This document shows positions 60,752 through 64,000 of a DNA stretch of 64,000 bases, piece by piece. Position 1 is the stretch's first letter; every line of letters begins with the position of its first letter. The notes below the pieces were generated by a model. The model made no database searches. It was not told the origin of the DNA and saw only the letters and a program-made list of their open reading frames with translations. The stretch lies in IMG/VR virus record IMGVR_UViG_2928716645_000002, positions 32,001 through 96,000 of that record; one strand, given 5' to 3'. The DNA is from a virus. Its lineage: Duplodnaviria; Caudoviricetes. A program made the translations under genes and the position numbers.

Positions 60752-61870
60752 ATGAATGCCGTTGTCCCCACCGCCGATGTTGCCGCTTCCGAGCCCGTGA
60801 AATTCGAGCCCGGCATCTACTTCGGCGTGCCCGAGGACAAGTACCACCAGGACACCTCGCTCGGATCAACGAAGCTGAAGGAACTGGTGATCGACCCGAT
60901 TGAATATCAGCACGGCCGCCTGCACGGCGCCGAGCAAAAAGAGACGTTCCAGCTGAAGTGGGGCCGCGCAATCCACTGCCGCGCGCTCGAGGGAAAGCAG
61001 TTCCTGTGCGAGCGCTTCCCGATCGCACCGTCCCTGACTGACTATCCCAAAGCGCTCGTGACGATGGATCACCTCCGCGAGCACGCCAAGAAGCTAGGCC
61101 TGACCAAGGTCGGCAACACCAAGGCCTTGGTAGCCACCGCGATCCGAGAGTTCGACCAGACCATCCCGATCTGGGACGAGATCATGGCCCGGTTCGAAAC
61201 CGAGCATGCCGGCAAGACCATCATTCCGCGCGAAGCGATCGAGCACATCGAGCGCGCCGTGGAATGGATGCAGCGGGAGCCTAAATTGGCGCCCGTGATG
61301 GAAGACGGCACGTTTACTGCCGGCGCATCCGAAGTCTCTATCTTCTATGAAGAGAATGGCGTCCGGCTCAAAGCCCGCATCGACCACCTCCTATCCCACG
61401 CCGTCGTCGACCTGAAATCATTCCGGCCATTCCTACAGGAGCGGTTGAGGGAAGCCGCGAAGAAGGCGATCTCGCGCATGCGGTACGACCTGCAGGCCGC
61501 GGCGTACATCCGCGCGCTGAAGGTTGCCGCCAAGCTGTTCGACGAGGGCAAGGTCTTCGATTGCCCCTACTCGCCTTCCTTCCTCGAGTCCGTGTTTGCA
61601 GCCTTGAAGGTCGCGGAGCGTGATCCGGGATCCGAGGAGGCGCTGAAGTGGGTCTGGGTGCTGATCAAGGCCTCGGGCGCGCCGCAGCCGGTCGTCGCGG
61701 AGTTCGATCTCGGCAGCATGATCTTCCGCCAGGCCGCCGTCGATATCGACGACGCCATCAAGAACTACCGCCTCTACGTCGAGAAATTCGGTCTCGACCA
61801 GGACTGGGTGCCGGAACTCCCGGCCGAGGTTTGGGGCGACACCGACTTCCCGTCTTGGGCTTTCACCTGA
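60752..61870 (+). CDS. RecE/ExoVIII-like PD-(D/E)xK exonuclease
   Basis: PGIY.G.P...YH, LGST.LK, G.AIH...LE, SEVS.F, KARID.L...VDLKS, Y.LQAA.Y. Confidence 0.85.
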   Translation: MNAVVPTADVAASEPVKFEPGIYFGVPEDKYHQDTSLGSTKLKELVIDPIEYQHGRLHGAEQKETFQLKWGRAIHCRALEGKQFLCERFPIAPSLTDYPKALVTMDHLREHAKKLGLTKVGNTKALVATAIREFDQTIPIWDEIMARFETEHAGKTIIPREAIEHIERAVEWMQREPKLAPVMEDGTFTAGASEVSIFYEENGVRLKARIDHLLSHAVVDLKSFRPFLQERLREAAKKAISRMRYDLQAAAYIRALKVAAKLFDEGKVFDCPYSPSFLESVFAALKVAERDPGSEEALKWVWVLIKASGAPQPVVAEFDLGSMIFRQAAVDIDDAIKNYRLYVEKFGLDQDWVPELPAEVWGDTDFPSWAFT

Positions 61871-61885
61871 CCTCTGAGGACTGAC

Positions 61886-63397
61886 ATGAACATGATGACC
61901 GCCGGCGATCCCCGCGACCAAGAACGAGAGACCCTGCCAGCCGTGGTAGTGGAAAGCGTGATGCCCGCCATGCTCCGCGCTGAGATCGACGGGCAAATCG
62001 CTACCGCGAAAGCCTATCCGCGGAACGTGTCCCGGGCGATCGGCAACATCAAGAGCCTTGCCACGCTCGACGAAGAGACCGCCGCGGAGTCGCTCTATGC
62101 GCTCGTTCGCAAGAAGAAGCAGCGCGGTCGCGGTGGGAACGAGACGGCCGAAACGGACAACGCAGCAATCGAGGGGCCGAGCATCCGCCTCGCCGAGATT
62201 GCAGCGCAGTGCTGGGGCAATTGTCGCATCGAGGCCCACGTCGTCACGGTCAACCGCAAGGACAAATACGTTGAGGCCGTTGGCACTTTCCACGACCTCG
62301 AGACCAACATGGCGTCGACAGCAACGGTTCGGCGCAGGATATCGACCTCGAGCGGCAACCTATTCTCGGACGACATGATCACGGTCACGGGTAATGCGGC
62401 GTGCTCGATTGCCAAACGCAATGCGATTCTCGCCGGCATTCCGCGCGGCGTCTATCGTCCGGCTTACCATGCAGCGCGCGAGGTGGTTGCCGGAACCACC
62501 GCCACCCTCTCCCAGAATCGGGACAAGGCTATCAAGGCCTTCGCCGCGTACGGCGTGACGCCTGATCAGATCTTCGAGGCTCTCGACGTCCAGGGCGAAG
62601 CGGACATCCGTCTCGACCACATCGCGACGCTGCGCGGTATGTTCATGTCGATCAAGAACGGCGAAGCCACCGTCGAGGAGATGTTTGCGAAGGAGAAGCC
62701 GGCAGAGGCTGATCCCAACTACAACCCGCTGGTGAAGAACCACGCCGGCGGCGCGACGGATCAACAGACTACGGGAGGCGCGAATGAAGTAGGCCAGACC
62801 GGGAATGAGGGACAGACGCGTCAGGCCGATGCGTCCGGTACCGAAAGTCGATCTGCAGTTGCGCAGGAAAGCAGCCAGGCCGGTGAAAAGCCGGCCGCGG
62901 ATTCCGCCGCGGCGGAGGCAGCGCATCCATCTGGCCATGCGGCAGGACATCAACCTGCGGCCGGATCGGACAGCGCTGCCACCCCGGCGCAGACGTCGGC
63001 GAAGCCAGCCCCCGTCGATGCTGGGACGAGCCAGGAGCGCACCGCCAGTGGCTCGTCCCAACCTGATTTGCTGTCCGGCCCAACCTCCGCCCAGGACGGC
63101 AAAGCGCAGTCGAGCAGTCCCCAAGGCTCGCCTGCCAATGGAGCGGATGCGTCCCGTGGCCGTGGCGCGTCCGCTCCAGATCTCTTCGCATACCACAAGG
63201 CGCTGCTGACCATCGAAAACGGCGGTCCGCCGAAACTCGGCAAGATGTCTGAGCAGTGGCTCGGCAAGTATGGCCGGTTCGAGGGCGACGCCGAGAAGAA
63301 GCGCGGCGAGATATATGCCGCGCACGGCGAGCGCTTGACCGGCTCAATCGACACGGCTGCCTGCAGCAAGAAGGTCGAGGGGATCATCGCGCGATGA
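61886..63397 (+). CDS. Probable single-strand annealing recombinase partner
   Basis: EID.QIATAK.YPR, IEGPSIRLAE....WGN, DLETN, NAA.SIA.RNAIL; follows the RecE-like gene. Confidence 0.6.
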   Translation: MNMMTAGDPRDQERETLPAVVVESVMPAMLRAEIDGQIATAKAYPRNVSRAIGNIKSLATLDEETAAESLYALVRKKKQRGRGGNETAETDNAAIEGPSIRLAEIAAQCWGNCRIEAHVVTVNRKDKYVEAVGTFHDLETNMASTATVRRRISTSSGNLFSDDMITVTGNAACSIAKRNAILAGIPRGVYRPAYHAAREVVAGTTATLSQNRDKAIKAFAAYGVTPDQIFEALDVQGEADIRLDHIATLRGMFMSIKNGEATVEEMFAKEKPAEADPNYNPLVKNHAGGATDQQTTGGANEVGQTGNEGQTRQADASGTESRSAVAQESSQAGEKPAADSAAAEAAHPSGHAAGHQPAAGSDSAATPAQTSAKPAPVDAGTSQERTASGSSQPDLLSGPTSAQDGKAQSSSPQGSPANGADASRGRGASAPDLFAYHKALLTIENGGPPKLGKMSEQWLGKYGRFEGDAEKKRGEIYAAHGERLTGSIDTAACSKKVEGIIAR

Positions 63398-63810
63398 CGA
63401 TCCTCGACCGCCCGCCGTCGGATTGGAAGCGGCCGGCTATGCCGGTACGCATCAAGCTGGATGTTGTCATCCGCCAGGAGGGCCGGTGCAAGCAGACGGG
63501 TGAAAAACTCGGCACGCTCGCCAACACCCGGTTTGACCACCGCCCGGCCCTCTGGGAGCGGAAGTTCGACACCACGGCGGACGACACGGTGCCGCCGGCG
63601 AACGATCCGGCATTCATTGATGCCTGCACTGTCGCCGGCCACGACGTCCGGACGCACGGCAACGGCGCCACCACGGTGGGCTCGGACTCGCATCGCCGCG
63701 CCAAGATCAAGCGCTTCACCGACCCAAAGCCCTCGAAGCCCAAGCGGAAGATCCGCGGCCGCTCGACCTTCCCGAAGGGACGCGGCTTTCCATCACGGAG
63801 ATCGGCATGA
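63394..63810 (+). CDS. HNH-like nuclease
   Basis: Q.G.C, FDH.PAL, H..RT, D....AK.KR; basic tail. Confidence 0.6.
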   Translation: MTILDRPPSDWKRPAMPVRIKLDVVIRQEGRCKQTGEKLGTLANTRFDHRPALWERKFDTTADDTVPPANDPAFIDACTVAGHDVRTHGNGATTVGSDSHRRAKIKRFTDPKPSKPKRKIRGRSTFPKGRGFPSRRSA

Positions 63811-64000
63811 GCACGCTCCACGAAAGGACCCCTCGTTTCTCGTCTGCATCGGCACTGATCCGGCACTATCGCGCCGTCCGTGCGCGCATGTCGCGCCTGG
63901 CGCCACCGCCGATCCTGTCCCTGCCGTCACCGGCAATGATCGCGGCCGGCAATCCAGCGCCGGTCCGCGGGATTGTCGAGGTCGTCCCGATCCGCCCCGA
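63807..64000 (+). CDS. Hypothetical protein, truncated by the window edge
   Basis: ATGA-coupled MSTLHERTPRF...HYRAVRARM. Confidence 0.45.
   Translation, partial: MSTLHERTPRFSSASALIRHYRAVRARMSRLAPPPILSLPSPAMIAAGNPAPVRGIVEVVPIRP

Noticed and set aside
1-64000. tRNA, rRNA, integrase, att sites and lysis cassette
   Set aside because: None recognised by eye; they may lie outside the window. tRNAscan-SE and Infernal were not run.

Overview
The whole window is part of a high-GC (Alphaproteobacteria/rhizobia-like) lambdoid, HK97-type siphophage or prophage. It continues past both edges, and I saw no integrase or lysis genes. 1-24.75 kb (minus strand) is the morphogenesis operon: terS, terL, portal, ClpP protease, HK97 capsid, head-tail connectors, tail tube, frameshifted tail chaperone, tape measure, tail tip and tail fibre. 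A cos-like site lies at about 24.81-24.89 kb. 35.3-53.2 kb (minus) is the Cro-side operon: GcrA, a CtrA-like wHTH, two DNA methylases, RuvC, a phage-borne beta clamp, primase, DnaB, an ImmA/DUF4411 pair, a DUF6456/GafA-like late activator and the packaging HNH. 53.2-56.2 kb is the CI immunity region with six ATACC-N5-GGTAT-type operators and an unusually placed replication initiator plus origin. 56.2-64 kb (plus) is the early/recombination operon. The most striking element is a ~9.8 kb plus-strand array of about 19 mostly small genes (25.5-35.35 kb) lying between the HNH gene and cos/terS, which would be the virion end ejected first. It carries plasmid leading-region-type genes (DUF932, DUF3560-methylase) and is bounded by two HTH genes. 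It is punctuated by two intergenic repeat families: a covarying 14-nt hairpin before nine Shine-Dalgarno sites, and a GGCTACGRYCGATT motif after stop codons (10 copies). All family assignments come from motif recognition by eye; no database searches were run.
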